A stretch of DNA of 64,000 nucleotides from Candidatus Saccharimonadota bacterium (lineage in GTDB: Bacteria > Patescibacteriota > Saccharimonadia > Saccharimonadales > UBA10212), in contig JACDFN010000001.1 of NCBI GenBank assembly GCA_013815775.1, positions 173,883 through 237,882 of the forward strand, given 5' to 3'. Numbering within the stretch: the first letter of the stretch is position 1; each line of letters opens with the position of its first letter. Of this stretch, positions 51,422 to 64,000 are shown one piece after another. Below the pieces are notes generated by a model that saw only the letters and a program-made list of their open reading frames with translations, was not told the origin of the DNA and made no database searches. A program made the translations under genes and the position numbers.

Positions 51422-52876
51422 ATGAGTAATTTTTATATAACTACTTCTATTCCTTATGTGAATAGTGAACCGCACGTTGGTTTTGGGATGGAAATAGTGA
51501 TGGCGGACGTGCTTGCTCGTTACATGAGACAACGAAAAACTCCAGTCCTCTTTGTTACTGGCACGGACGAGCATGGAGGGAAGATTGCCGAAAAGGCTAA
51601 AGAGTTAAACATAAGTCCAAAACAATTTGCAGACCAAGTTAGCCAAAGTTTTAGAGATCTTACCCAACTTCTCAATATTAGTAACGACAGGTTTGTGCGT
51701 ACCACAGACCAAGGCCACGAACAGCGCGCCCAAGTTATTTGGAATAACCTTGCAGGCTACATATACAAAGGATCGTACAGCGGTTGGTACTGCACGGGAT
51801 GTGAAACCTTTTATTCCCAGCAGGTAGTTGATGAGAATAAAGGAGTCTGCCCTCACCATAACCGTCCTTTCGAGCAGATAAAGGAGGATAATTACTTTTT
51901 CAAACTTAGTGCTTTTACCTCTAAGGTCAAAGAAGCTATTGACAGCGGGAATCTTAGAATAGTTCCCGATAGCCGCCGCAACGAAATACTTGCCGTGCTA
52001 AATGAGGGATTGGAAGACATAAGTATAAGTCGCCCTAAAGATAAAATTGAATGGGGGATCGGGGTACCGGGGGATGAAAGCCAGGTTATGTACGTGTGGT
52101 TCGAAGCTCTCATGAACTACATAACGGTTCTAGGATATCCAGAGCATGATGATTTTAAACAGTTTTGGCCGGCAAGTATGCAGGTTATCGGTAAGGATAT
52201 CCTTCGCTTTCACGGCGCTATATGGCCTGCCATGTTAATGGGTTTGGGGCTGCCGCTGCAGCAGACCTTATACGTACATGGGTTTATTGATGTCGACGGG
52301 AAGAAAATGAGCAAATCTTTGGGCAATGTAATAGCTCCTAAAGACATTGTGGCCAAATACGGAGTTGATGCCTTTCGTTATTTTTTCCTTCGCCATATTC
52401 CGAGCTATGAAGATGGAGATTTCAGTTGGCAGAGGCTGGAGGCGGCCTATAACAACGAGCTTGCTGACCAGTTAGGAAATGCTGTTTCCAGAGTTGCCGC
52501 TATGATCAGTAAGTATCAAAAAGGAATAATTGGCGATATTCCGGGCCCCGGACACGACATTGATGGCTATGAACAAGCTATTCAGGCTTGCCATTTTGAC
52601 AAAGCCCTGGACAAAGCTTGGGATCAAGTAAAAGGTCTTAATCAATACATAGAGGAAGCCAAACCTTGGGAGATAATTAAGACGGGCGACCCGGATCATA
52701 TGCGAGAAATATTAGCCTATATGGTATCGAACTTACTAGGAATTTCTGACTTGCTATCGCCGTTTATGCCAGATACGGCTGACAAAATCCGGTCTGTGTT
52801 TGGAAGCGGTTTACTCAGACCTCTAGCCGGGCCCTTGTTCCCTAAAGAACAAAAGCTGATAGATAAGATTTCTTAA
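51422..52876 (+). CDS. metG: Methionine--tRNA ligase (short form, no C-terminal tRNA-binding domain)
   Basis: 484 aa. HIGH-type motif (PHVGFG), a Zn knuckle (CTGCETF...CPHHNR), and KMSKS. Confidence 0.9.
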   Translation: MSNFYITTSIPYVNSEPHVGFGMEIVMADVLARYMRQRKTPVLFVTGTDEHGGKIAEKAKELNISPKQFADQVSQSFRDLTQLLNISNDRFVRTTDQGHEQRAQVIWNNLAGYIYKGSYSGWYCTGCETFYSQQVVDENKGVCPHHNRPFEQIKEDNYFFKLSAFTSKVKEAIDSGNLRIVPDSRRNEILAVLNEGLEDISISRPKDKIEWGIGVPGDESQVMYVWFEALMNYITVLGYPEHDDFKQFWPASMQVIGKDILRFHGAIWPAMLMGLGLPLQQTLYVHGFIDVDGKKMSKSLGNVIAPKDIVAKYGVDAFRYFFLRHIPSYEDGDFSWQRLEAAYNNELADQLGNAVSRVAAMISKYQKGIIGDIPGPGHDIDGYEQAIQACHFDKALDKAWDQVKGLNQYIEEAKPWEIIKTGDPDHMREILAYMVSNLLGISDLLSPFMPDTADKIRSVFGSGLLRPLAGPLFPKEQKLIDKIS

Positions 52877-52880
52877 AATT

Positions 52881-53651
52881 ATGGAGCTGACGGATACTCA
52901 CTGTCATATTCACCTCGACAATTATCCAATTGAGCTAGAGAAGGTGATATCTAGCGCCCGGTCAGCAGGGGTATCCAGACTGATATGCGTGGGCACTACC
53001 TTAGCTGACAGTGAAAGGGCATTGGAAGTGGCGGCAAAACATGAAGGTGTCTGGGCTTCGGCTGGCGTACATCCTCATGGAGTAAGTGGATTTGCAGCTA
53101 GTCCAAAAGAACAAGCTACACTTGCAGAAATGCTTAACAAGTCAAGCATTTCTGCAATCGGAGAAATAGGACTCGACTACTACAAAAACTACGCCCCTAA
53201 AATAGAGCAGCAGAAAGCCTTTAAATTACAAATAGAGATGGGTCTAAATAGGGGACTGCCATTTATATTTCACATACGAGAAGCGTGGGATGATTTCTTC
53301 GCCATTTTTGATGCATACCCTGGACTCACGGGAGTAGTCCATAGCTTTAGTGCTCACCAACAGCAACTAGATGAAGCTCTGCGGAGGGGACTTTATATTG
53401 GCTTAAACGGGATTATGACTTTCACGAACGATAATCGCCAACTAGCTGCCGCAAAAACCGTCCCCATTGATCGGCTTGTGCTTGAAACTGATGCACCATT
53501 TCTGGCGCCTAAGCCGTATCGGGGACAGACTTGCGAGCCCAAGCACGTATTAAACGTTGTTGAGTTTTTAGCTTGGCTACGAAATGAACCAGTTGAAGCG
53601 CTAGCCAAAGCTACAACCAGTAACGCTATACGTCTTTTTAAGCTTAGTTAA
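52881..53651 (+). CDS. tatD: TatD-family metal-dependent hydrolase/DNase
   Basis: 256 aa. DTHCHI (HxH), GEIGLDY, VVHSF, ETDAPFL. Confidence 0.85.
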   Translation: MELTDTHCHIHLDNYPIELEKVISSARSAGVSRLICVGTTLADSERALEVAAKHEGVWASAGVHPHGVSGFAASPKEQATLAEMLNKSSISAIGEIGLDYYKNYAPKIEQQKAFKLQIEMGLNRGLPFIFHIREAWDDFFAIFDAYPGLTGVVHSFSAHQQQLDEALRRGLYIGLNGIMTFTNDNRQLAAAKTVPIDRLVLETDAPFLAPKPYRGQTCEPKHVLNVVEFLAWLRNEPVEALAKATTSNAIRLFKLS

Positions 53652-53709
53652 CCACCCCTGTTAATTAGACTGCAGCCATGTTAGGCTATTATCAAAGTTC
53701 GAGGAAAGA

Positions 53710-54864
53710 ATGACCAAAAAAGCAATATATTTAGACTATGCCGCAGCGACGCCAATGGAGCCGCTGGTTCTTGAGGCTATGGAGCAATATTTCGTTAATA
53801 ATTTCTATAACCCCTCAGCTAGTTACTTAGCTGCCAAAGCCGTAAAAAAGGACATTAACCATGCTCGGGCAGAAGTAGCACAACAATTAGGCACGAGACC
53901 GGCGGAAATCATCTTTACCGCTGGAGCAACCGAGGCGAATAACCAGGCTATTTCGGGAGTGATGCGCAACTTTCCTGAAGGTGAAGTGTTGGTTGGCGCG
54001 ATTGAGCACGATTCAGTACGCGGGCCAGCAAACCTGTTTAATTGCAGAGAAATTCCAGTGACCTCCCAGGGCCTGGTAGAACCCTCAGCTGTTAAAAAGT
54101 TAATTAGCGACAGAACGGTTTTGGTTAGTGTAGGGCTTATTAATAACGAAATTGGTACGCTGCAGCCAATGAAAGAAATAGCTTCCTTAATTTTACTGGT
54201 ACGGGATGACAGGAGAGAAAAGGGCAACAAGCTGCCTATTTACCTTCATTCAGATGCCGCTCAAGCTGGGTGTTACTTACCGCTTAATGTTTCAAAATTA
54301 GGCGTAGATATGATGAGTATTAACGGCGGTAAGATATACGGCCCTAAACAAAGCGGTGCATTGTTCATTAAATCAGGAGTTAAATTACTGCCATTAATTG
54401 TAGGCGGAGGACAGGAATGGGGGGTAAGAGCCGGCACCGAGAATGTTGCAAACATAATAGGATTGTCCAAGGCCTTAGTTTTGGCTCAAACCCGCAGAAC
54501 TCAGGAGAGTAAAAGGGTAGCCGAACTTAGAAGTATTTTTATTGACGCACTACTGGCGAGGTTTCCTTACCTGCAGATTAACGGATCACCAAAACATCAT
54601 GGACCGCATATTGCCAGCGTTACCCTTCCCGGATTAGACAATGAGAGATTGATGATGGAACTCGATGAGCTGGGTGTTCAGTGTGCTGTAGGCAGCGCGT
54701 GCAGCGCCAGCAACAGGGAGCCTTCTCATGTACTCACTGCAATAGGGCTTAACTCTGATCTAGCTAGGTTTACTTTGAGGTTTAGCTTCGGGCTTCATAC
54801 TACTAATGATGAGGTTCTGTCTGCTGCCCGTAAACTCTGCCAAGTAGCCAGTCCTAACAGATAG
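53710..54864 (+). CDS. Cysteine desulfurase (class V aminotransferase, NifS/IscS-like)
   Basis: 384 aa. IYLDYAATTP, FTAGATEANN, the PLP Lys in INGGKIYGPK, RAGTENV, and the catalytic Cys in VGSACSAS. Confidence 0.8.
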   Translation: MTKKAIYLDYAAATPMEPLVLEAMEQYFVNNFYNPSASYLAAKAVKKDINHARAEVAQQLGTRPAEIIFTAGATEANNQAISGVMRNFPEGEVLVGAIEHDSVRGPANLFNCREIPVTSQGLVEPSAVKKLISDRTVLVSVGLINNEIGTLQPMKEIASLILLVRDDRREKGNKLPIYLHSDAAQAGCYLPLNVSKLGVDMMSINGGKIYGPKQSGALFIKSGVKLLPLIVGGGQEWGVRAGTENVANIIGLSKALVLAQTRRTQESKRVAELRSIFIDALLARFPYLQINGSPKHHGPHIASVTLPGLDNERLMMELDELGVQCAVGSACSASNREPSHVLTAIGLNSDLARFTLRFSFGLHTTNDEVLSAARKLCQVASPNR

Positions 54865-54901
54865 CGTTTTAAAGTCTAAACGGTTATACTTAAGCTAAGT
54901 T

Positions 54902-55732
54902 ATGATACGGCGAAATGCTGAGGCCATCAAGACGTTCCTTCTGGGCTCTAGCGGCCTAATCGCTGCGGGCTTGCTTTTTATGGGCGGTATACCTAACCCT
55001 GTTGTCTATGCCGACACTATCGTCCGGGCTTTTAACTCGAAAGACAGCCTTCAGCCTGGATGGGTAGTGGCCGTAGACAAAGATCAAGCCAATACTGTCG
55101 AGGCAGCCCCGGCAAACGACCCAAGCCGAATATATGGAGTGGTTATAGATCCAAGCCGAGCACCGGTAACTTTGCAACCCGAGCAAGGTTTAAAAGTTTA
55201 TGTTGCTACAAGCGGTAGCTATCAAGTGTTAGTTACTACCCAGAATGGCTCAATAAATCCCGGGGATTACATATCAATATCATCGACTAATGGAATTGCA
55301 GCTAAAGCTACCTCTGAGCAATCTTATGTTCTAGGTCAAGCGCTCGAGAAGTTTGACGGAGACAATAACGTTATAAGTGCCGGAGAAGAAGGAGATGCGA
55401 TTGGCAGAGTTACAGTATCAATTGTTCCGGGTAAAAACCCCCTGGTAAAGAGCGCCGTAGCAGTTCCCGCACCGTTGCGCCGAGCCGGTGAAGCAATAGC
55501 TGGTAAAAACGTAACTCCACTGCGAATATATGCTGCACTGGCTGTCTTTACCGTTACAGCATTAATTGCGGTGAGTATTCTTTGGATTGGAGTAAGAAGC
55601 GGGATGATTTCCATCGGTCGCAATCCCCTTAGCCGGCACTCTATTATCCAAGGCTTGATGCAAGTGGTTATAGTAGCTGTGTTGGTTTTTGCTGTCGGCA
55701 TTTTTGGAGTATATTTACTACTAAGGTTATAA
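54902..55732 (+). CDS. Exported beta-rich domain fused to a C-terminal two-TM hairpin with an R-N-P loop (hypothetical); first gene of the ATPase cluster
   Basis: 276 aa with a signal peptide or anchor (LLGSSGLIAAGLLFMGG) and a ~170-aa extracytoplasmic domain. The C-terminus reads LRIYAALAVFTVTALIAVSILWIGVRSGMISIGRNPLSRHSIIQGLMQVVIVAVLVFAVGIFGVYLLL, which is a helix, an RNP loop and a second helix. Confidence 0.6.
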   Translation: MIRRNAEAIKTFLLGSSGLIAAGLLFMGGIPNPVVYADTIVRAFNSKDSLQPGWVVAVDKDQANTVEAAPANDPSRIYGVVIDPSRAPVTLQPEQGLKVYVATSGSYQVLVTTQNGSINPGDYISISSTNGIAAKATSEQSYVLGQALEKFDGDNNVISAGEEGDAIGRVTVSIVPGKNPLVKSAVAVPAPLRRAGEAIAGKNVTPLRIYAALAVFTVTALIAVSILWIGVRSGMISIGRNPLSRHSIIQGLMQVVIVAVLVFAVGIFGVYLLLRL

Positions 55733-55747
55733 GGATAAATAATATTT

Positions 55748-56380
55748 ATGAATACGGGTGGGCTTATTCTGGTTATCGGGTCTCTGCTGGCAGCGACTGC
55801 TGCCTTTACGTGGCTATCTTTTAGAATTGGCACTAGCTCAAACCCTAAAAATAAAGGTAAAAAAAATGCCGAGGTAGTTTTTGAGCAAGCGGCTAAAGAA
55901 GATGTAGAGCACATTTTTAATAATGAGTTTCGTGAAGAACTTCGAAACCGGGGTCGTTTGCACTTTGAAAAAATAATCGGTGAAAACGCCATGTTTCTAC
56001 AACAGGATTTGCGGCAGACGACCAGCCAACTCAACGACTATATGCGTGCTGAAATAACACGAACGCTTCAAGAAGAGTTTAAAAAATACCAACAATCTAT
56101 CGTTGACGCTAAGCAACTGGCACTTGATTCTATAGATAAAACCATTACAACTATCGAACAACAGAGGGAGTTTTTAGAACAGCAGCTGCAAACGCAATCT
56201 CAAGCCCAAAAGGATCAAATAATATCCCATTTTGAAACCCAAATGGCCAGTATAATTAACCATTACGTACTTCGGGCCATTGGTAACCAAGTCGACCTAT
56301 CCGACCAGCTTGATTACATATTGGCAGAGCTAGAATCCAATAAACAGTCAATACTGGAGGATATAAAGCGTGGAACTTAA
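55748..56380 (+). CDS. atpF: ATP synthase subunit b-like peripheral stalk protein
   Basis: 210 aa. One N-terminal TM (LILVIGSLLAATAAFTWLSF) followed by a long Gln/Glu-rich coiled coil. Position and architecture fit subunit b; sequence similarity was not verified. Confidence 0.55.
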   Translation: MNTGGLILVIGSLLAATAAFTWLSFRIGTSSNPKNKGKKNAEVVFEQAAKEDVEHIFNNEFREELRNRGRLHFEKIIGENAMFLQQDLRQTTSQLNDYMRAEITRTLQEEFKKYQQSIVDAKQLALDSIDKTITTIEQQREFLEQQLQTQSQAQKDQIISHFETQMASIINHYVLRAIGNQVDLSDQLDYILAELESNKQSILEDIKRGT

Positions 56381-56858
56381 ACTGCCACTCTCAGTTATTA
56401 GCCAGGTGGACGTGGCTCGACTCCTACGGGAGTTGAATGGTTTAGAAGATTTCTTCATAGGTTTGGCTGCCCGTAAACCAGGCACCCCTATGCAGCCGCC
56501 CCGACTGAGTCGGCTGCTAGAACAAATTGCCGTAGATAATCAACACAATCTCCTAGAGGAAAGCTCACGTGGAGATCTTTCAGCTAAGCTTGGGGAGATT
56601 CTCAATAAGGCCCCACTGTTACATATTAGCTTTGCAGCCGAACCATCTGGCAGGGCGCTTGAAAGCATATTAATATGGCTTCGCCAAAACATTCATCCTC
56701 AAGTTTTATTAGCCGTCGGTCTACAGCCGACAATTGCTGCTGGGTGCGTGTTGCGTACTCCTAATAGGCTGTTCGATATGAGTATGCGCAATCACTTAAA
56801 AGCCCAAGAGCCTTACATGGTCCAGTTAATACAGGGGGCAGCCGATGGAAGTAAATAG
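56370..56858 (+). CDS. atpH: ATP synthase delta (OSCP)-like subunit
   Basis: 162 aa with a GTG start. The C-terminal [25 protein letters not shown] resembles the OSCP signature (IGG.....G....D.S....L). It overlaps the previous gene by 11 nt. Confidence 0.55.
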   Translation: MELKLPLSVISQVDVARLLRELNGLEDFFIGLAARKPGTPMQPPRLSRLLEQIAVDNQHNLLEESSRGDLSAKLGEILNKAPLLHISFAAEPSGRALESILIWLRQNIHPQVLLAVGLQPTIAAGCVLRTPNRLFDMSMRNHLKAQEPYMVQLIQGAADGSK

Positions 56859-58277
56859 CCACCATAATTTCCAGAGGTTAGTTGAGATGGGGCAGCCCGT
56901 CGGTGAGGTCATAGCTGTTAATAGTTTCTTAGTACAACTAAGAGGCATGCAGCCTATTAATATTCACTCACTTGTTATTTTTGAAGATGGCAGTAAAGGC
57001 TTTGTTCAGCACATACTAGAGGATCGACTGGTAGTGTTACATCTCGGGGTTTCGAAACTTAAGGCCGGTATGATGGCAGTGATACATAGCGATGAGCTAA
57101 AAGTAAAAGTGGGGAAAGATTTTATCGGAAGAGTCATATCGATAACCGGCGAACCACTAGATGGTAAAGGAGCTATAGCGGCTGATGGGGAGTGGTTAGT
57201 GTTTAACGGAGCACCGCCTATTTATGAGCGCGAGCTTTTGTCTGACCAATTGGAAACAGGCGTAATACTGATAGACGGCGTATTTCCGATTGTACGTGGC
57301 CAAAGGATGGCTTTGCTTGGAGATAGTAAGTCCGGCAAAACTACCTTAACCACGCAAATTGCTATTAATCAACGCGATACAGACCAGGTGGTTGTCTATG
57401 TGCTAATTGCCAAGCGGAGGTCCGATATAGACACTCTAATCACCAGGTTGAGTGATAACAAAGCGCTCGATAAGGCGATAGTTATAGTGTCGACAATCTT
57501 TGACTCATTAGTGATGAGCTATCTTGCTCCTTATGTTGGTTGTGCCATGGCGGAGTATATTTGGCAGGTTCTCGGCAGAGACACGGTTGTGATATACGAT
57601 GACTTGACGACCCATGCCCATGCTTACCGAGAGATTGCCTTATTATCTGGGGTAAGTCCTGGACGTGATTCTTATCCTGGCGATATGTTCCATGCTCATT
57701 CTAGTTTGCTAGAGCGAGCCGGTCGGCTAAAGAAGAATAAAAAAAGTATGACGGCAATTCCATTGGTGATGGCAGATAGCGGTGATATTACTGCATATCT
57801 TCCGACTAACATTATGTCAATTACTGACGGGCAGTGGATATTGGATATGGATATTTTTAGAAACGGTCTTAGGCCTGCAATTAATGTCGGCTTAAGTGTT
57901 ACCCGTGTAGGCGGGCGGGGTCATAATAAAAGACAAAAAGAACAGGCTGGTAAAATATTTCAGGCTCTTTCGGCGTTTTCACAAGCGCAGGAGTTTGCAC
58001 ATTTTGGCTCTGAGCTGGGGAGTGGAGCCCAATCTGACATTGTTCGCGGAATAAGACTTCACCAGTTATTGACTCAGATTCCCGGTGAAACATATAAAAC
58101 ACTGGCCCAACAGCTAATGCTTGAGCTGGTTTTAGATCTGGACATCGAAGCGTCTTTTGACATTACGAAACTTAAGGAATCGGCCAGTAAAGTAGCCGGC
58201 GAAGCTACATCCGATAGTAACTATGAAGACTTACTGACCGATCTAAAAAATCAACTTTTAGTCACAGAGGTAAGCAC

Positions 58278-58281
<4 letters not shown>
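56845..58281 (+). CDS. atpA: F1 ATPase alpha-type subunit (divergent)
   Basis: 478 aa. [15 protein letters not shown], Walker [10 protein letters not shown] (canonical GDRQTGKT), [42 protein letters not shown]. Confidence 0.8.
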
Positions 58282-60699
<2,418 letters not shown>

Positions 60700-60725
60700 T
60701 TAATACAAAAATTAAGTTTTGTACT

Positions 60726-61730
60726 TTAGTCGATGACAATGTAATCGAAAGAATAGCTGGTAGAGGCGGTGGGTACGTTGGTGACGCATACACTAAAGTT
60801 GGTTGTTGAACGGTTTACGTGGTAATTTAGGCCAGCGGAATTGCTATTTGACGGGCTGATTATGACATGAGGAGTGGTATTAAACTTATTTGTAAAATTA
60901 ACCGTCACAAAACAGCCAGCTGGGGGGCTAGAGCCAGTGTTTATCGTAACAGTACCAGCAGTATCGGTGCCGCCAACCGAAGCTGTTCCGCCGCCGCCTA
61001 GCGCTGATCCATTTGTGCGACCAGGGGCGGGACCTCCTAGCGCAATATGGCGGTTGATTACTAAATCACCGGTTAACTGCAGATTAGAAACATTAAGTTG
61101 ACTTGTTGAAACTGTTCCGCTGAAACTAGCCGAGCCAACTACTGCCAAACTTCTTTGAAGTGTAACAGGACCCTGAAGAGTAGTATTACCGGCTACGGAT
61201 AAGGTTCCATTAACTTGAACATTACCAAAGTTACTACTGCCACCAACGGTAACTGCTGATAGTGATAGAGGCCCGCCTACCTTAACAGTGCCTGCTACAT
61301 CTAAGTTATTACGCATTAAGACTTGTCCTTCAAAAACAGCATCGCTTTGAATGTCCAAGATCTGGTCTGAATCACCTATAACCGTTGTGCTACCCTTTAG
61401 CTCAGATAACTGTTTATCGGTCAGGGACTGTGGCTTGGTATCGTCGCTGTCGGCAGTTTTATCTAACCTGGTACTCACAAAGACACCAGCTGCTACCAAA
61501 CCTACGAGTAGCAGAAAAATTACTAGATAAAGGTTGCTGAAACTTAAAAATCTTCTAACTCGGGACGGACGATGGGGGGCTGTATCAGCACCAACGGCGG
61601 CATCAGATAGTTCTGATTCTTTTTGAGCCGGGAAATTTCCTGAAGTCGAAGTAGGCTCAATTACACTCGAAGTTTCTTCGAGTGTTTCTGGCTCAATTAT
61701 ATTATTAGTTTTCTTATTACTCTTAGCCAT
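60726..61730 (-). CDS. Membrane-anchored surface protein with beta-helical repeats (hypothetical)
   Basis: 334 aa with a cytoplasmic N-terminus, one TM (LYLVIFLLLVGLVAAGVFV), degenerate repeats of the V.G.L.V.G type, and a Gly-rich segment. Confidence 0.6.
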   Translation of the reverse strand: MAKSNKKTNNIIEPETLEETSSVIEPTSTSGNFPAQKESELSDAAVGADTAPHRPSRVRRFLSFSNLYLVIFLLLVGLVAAGVFVSTRLDKTADSDDTKPQSLTDKQLSELKGSTTVIGDSDQILDIQSDAVFEGQVLMRNNLDVAGTVKVGGPLSLSAVTVGGSSNFGNVQVNGTLSVAGNTTLQGPVTLQRSLAVVGSASFSGTVSTSQLNVSNLQLTGDLVINRHIALGGPAPGRTNGSALGGGGTASVGGTDTAGTVTINTGSSPPAGCFVTVNFTNKFNTTPHVIISPSNSNSAGLNYHVNRSTTNFSVCVTNVPTASTSYSFDYIVID

Positions 61731-61840
61731 TTATGCTTTAGTTCCTATCCTTTCATAATAAGGCCTACCTCCATAAGCGTAAACAGTTTGTTGCATTTTC
61801 GTTGGTAGACTGCCACAATTAAAATTAATAAGGAGAGCCT

Positions 61841-62524
61841 ATGAGTCAGGTATATGGCCACCGCCAGCCGGTTCGGCGCCGCTCCTCCTACTACAGCCAT
61901 TTTATGGGTATACTACTGGCTCTGGTTATTGTAATTGGTTTGGGAGTCGGTTTCTTTTTTTACGATAAATACCGTAACGACAACCAAAAGCGACCCGTAT
62001 CACAAGCTCGTGTCACCGAAGTATCTTCAGTGTTGAAAACCTTTAGGAGCGGCTACTTTCAATTCAAGGACACTGGTAATTGGGTATTAACCCAGAAAGA
62101 AAGCACCGAAAGTAAGTTCATCTACTATAAATATAGAGGGCTGCTGGTCGAACATCAGCTAATTGTCTACGTAAACCAAATTCCCATTCCCCTGTATCTG
62201 GCTGCGGGGCGAGCCCTTCCTGTCCGAATAGTAAATAGCGATAGCTTCGACGTAACCAGTGTCTCAGAGCCATGTGGAAAGTCGTATGAACAAGGCGAGC
62301 TTCCGAAAGTGAGGAGTATCTCCATTAATCAAGCCACTATACTCTGTAGCCCAGATACACCGCTTTACAGCGTAGTGCTTGCTGAGATTGGCGGCGATTA
62401 CAAGTTAAATTTGAGGCGCAGCGATGGTTCCCCGGCACAATTGATAATAACTTATCGAGATCTTACACTTGATCCTAAACAAGACACTATTAAAAATATA
62501 GCCCGTAGTTTTCAGACTCTATAA
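61841..62524 (+). CDS. Membrane-anchored hypothetical protein
   Basis: 227 aa. GGAG RBS and an N-terminal TM (FMGILLALVIVIGLGVGFFF). Confidence 0.6.
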   Translation: MSQVYGHRQPVRRRSSYYSHFMGILLALVIVIGLGVGFFFYDKYRNDNQKRPVSQARVTEVSSVLKTFRSGYFQFKDTGNWVLTQKESTESKFIYYKYRGLLVEHQLIVYVNQIPIPLYLAAGRALPVRIVNSDSFDVTSVSEPCGKSYEQGELPKVRSISINQATILCSPDTPLYSVVLAEIGGDYKLNLRRSDGSPAQLIITYRDLTLDPKQDTIKNIARSFQTL

Positions 62525-62536
62525 AGCAAGCGAACT

Positions 62537-63307
62537 TTGGATAAAAGCCCATGTTATACTGCCAAAGATGTGAAAAGATTAAGCTTATTTACAGCCGTTA
62601 CAGCCTTAGTCTTCAGCCTAGGGACGGCTACGGCATACGCCCAGTACACCTCGCCTAACTATAAAACCGAGGAGGCTTTTTTTGGCACTGGCGGAGAGGT
62701 GGAAACAACCTCCCCCAGCTACAGGGCCCAGAGTGCCATAGGAGCTCTTGGTATAGACCCTGTTACTGGCACTGCCTACAAGGCTTACTCGGGTTTTTTA
62801 ACGCCAAATGAACCTTTCTTAGAGTTCGGCGTTGATACGTCGGTGGTAGATTTGGGAACTCTAGATACAACAGTTGCTAAAACCGGCACTGCTAATTTTC
62901 ATGTAAGAGCATATATAAATGGGACCTATACTGTAAAGACCATAAGTCCACCCCCCAGTATTACCAGCGGAGGCACCTATACTTTAGCGGGCATGGGTAC
63001 TCAAGGCGCTTCAGTTGCTGGAACCGAGCAATTCGGAATAAATTTAAAAGCCAACACTTCACCGGCAGCCTTCGGAGCCGAAGTGGCTCCACAGCCAGAT
63101 GCAACATTTGCGTTTGGCCAAGCCGGGACGGGGTATAGCGTTGCAAACCAATTTAAATACGTAGCTGGAGATACTATAGCTCAAACGACCACCAGCGGGT
63201 GGGGTCTAACAAACTATACAATTTCCTACATAGCCAACATTGGTTTACTAACACCTGCAGGAAGCTATTCAGTGCTTCACGATCTCGTGGTAGTGGCTAC
63301 ATTTTAA
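62537..63307 (+). CDS. Secreted hypothetical protein
   Basis: 256 aa (TTG in the track; the in-frame GTG at 62570 gives a cleaner signal peptide, KRLSLFTAVTALVFSLGTATAYAQ). It is rich in Thr, Gly and Ala and beta-rich. Confidence 0.55.
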   Translation: MDKSPCYTAKDVKRLSLFTAVTALVFSLGTATAYAQYTSPNYKTEEAFFGTGGEVETTSPSYRAQSAIGALGIDPVTGTAYKAYSGFLTPNEPFLEFGVDTSVVDLGTLDTTVAKTGTANFHVRAYINGTYTVKTISPPPSITSGGTYTLAGMGTQGASVAGTEQFGINLKANTSPAAFGAEVAPQPDATFAFGQAGTGYSVANQFKYVAGDTIAQTTTSGWGLTNYTISYIANIGLLTPAGSYSVLHDLVVVATF

Positions 63308-63433
63308 AACTGAATAAAGAACCTGTACGTAACCTACTAAGATGACTCTGTGGATAAGTCTATTTTAATGCTATTGCTTATAACAAATGTGTGCTATATT
63401 CAGCTAGTAGATTAAACATAAAAATAAAAAAAA

Positions 63434-64000
63434 ATGACTCACACACTAGATTATTTTAGACGTAGCATGCAACGCAGCCTCTTGCTTAGCGCAGCTTTAG
63501 CCGTAGTACTTAGCACCATACTTCCTTTGCTGCTAGCCCAGGGGGTAAGTGCTGCCCAGATTACATCCCGCTCACTTAATATCTCGACGGCGGTTCCCAG
63601 CATCGCCACTGCGCAGTACACTTTTACTTTTACAGTGGCTAGTACCAGTGATGTTGAGGGACTGAAATTTCAGGCATGTACAACAGCAGTTGGTACGTGC
63701 TCTGCGCCAACCACCCTAAGCTTCACGGCTTCTACGTTTGGTACTCAGAGCGGATGGCAGGGAGCAACTAACTTTGCCAAGGACGGTACAGGGGCTAATG
63801 ACTGTACTGCCAGCGCTAGCGTACTTTGCGCCAACAGAACAGATGCAACAGCCCAAACCGTTACATCTCGGTCCATCAGGTTTGATGCAGTTACCAACCC
63901 TTCTACTGCTAACACCGCGTTCTTTATACGAATGACAACCTATAGCACTAGCACTTACACTGGTGGCAGTATAGTAGATACCGGAACAGTGGCTAGCGCT
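63434..64000 (+). CDS. Secreted hypothetical protein (3' end outside the window)
   Basis: ATG at 63434; the frame is open for 189 codons to the window edge. Signal peptide ...LLLSAALAVVLSTILPLLLAQGVSAAQ. It is Thr/Ala/Ser-rich with paired Cys. It is absent from the ORF track because no stop falls in the window. Confidence 0.6.
   Translation, partial: MTHTLDYFRRSMQRSLLLSAALAVVLSTILPLLLAQGVSAAQITSRSLNISTAVPSIATAQYTFTFTVASTSDVEGLKFQACTTAVGTCSAPTTLSFTASTFGTQSGWQGATNFAKDGTGANDCTASASVLCANRTDATAQTVTSRSIRFDAVTNPSTANTAFFIRMTTYSTSTYTGGSIVDTGTVASA

Noticed and set aside
55336-56034. The 232-aa minus-strand ORF antisense to the ATPase cluster. Similar antisense ORFs occur throughout the window, for example 11673-12158, 31629-32042, 33245-33628, 43070-43612 and 53823-54230.
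   Set aside because: Each is fully contained in, and antisense to, a gene with clear family motifs. Their composition is low in complexity and they have no RBS.

Overview
This 64-kb window is a gene-dense, low-GC bacterial chromosome segment; lines I counted outside the islands run 22-38% GC. It carries scattered peptidoglycan genes (murA, murB, murD, murI), pgk-tpiA, glyA/folD, a sortase fragment plus an LPXTG protein, a type IV pilin-like gene, several PAS histidine kinases, receiver-only response regulators and many orphan genes. By inference only, this fits a reduced-genome, Gram-positive-type Patescibacteria/CPR organism such as a Saccharibacterium. I call about 65 CDS, three tRNAs with encoded CCA (Arg-TCG, Lys-CTT, Glu-TTC), a tmRNA, and several promoters, terminators and direct repeats. 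I see no CRISPR array, rRNA, transposase or integrase. The main second-look items are: (1) a ~780-nt promoter-to-terminator, GC-rich, heavily base-paired non-coding RNA at 24.3-25.1 kb that I cannot assign to any known class; (2) an F1-type ATPase cluster (b, delta, alpha, gamma, beta, truncated epsilon) with no a or c subunit gene, preceded by a gene for an exported domain fused to a two-helix hairpin with an R-N-P loop; (3) an apparent operon of a membrane protein, a LuxI/FeeM-like acyltransferase, a ThiF/E1-like enzyme and a polytopic histidine kinase, next to two receiver-only regulators; (4) three sharply bounded high-GC single-gene inserts (58-77% GC); the two strongest encode secreted proteins, consistent with transfer from a high-GC (actinobacterial?) donor; (5) two simple-repeat frameshift sites, (TA)4 splitting a ~1290-aa surface S8 protease and A8 separating a PAS sensor from its kinase; (6) a tmRNA with a non-canonical T-loop whose 3' end is duplicated about 750 bp downstream, and a perfect 29-bp direct repeat pair near tRNA-Lys, each pair bracketing one small membrane-protein gene. 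All functional calls come from motif recognition by eye; no database search was run.
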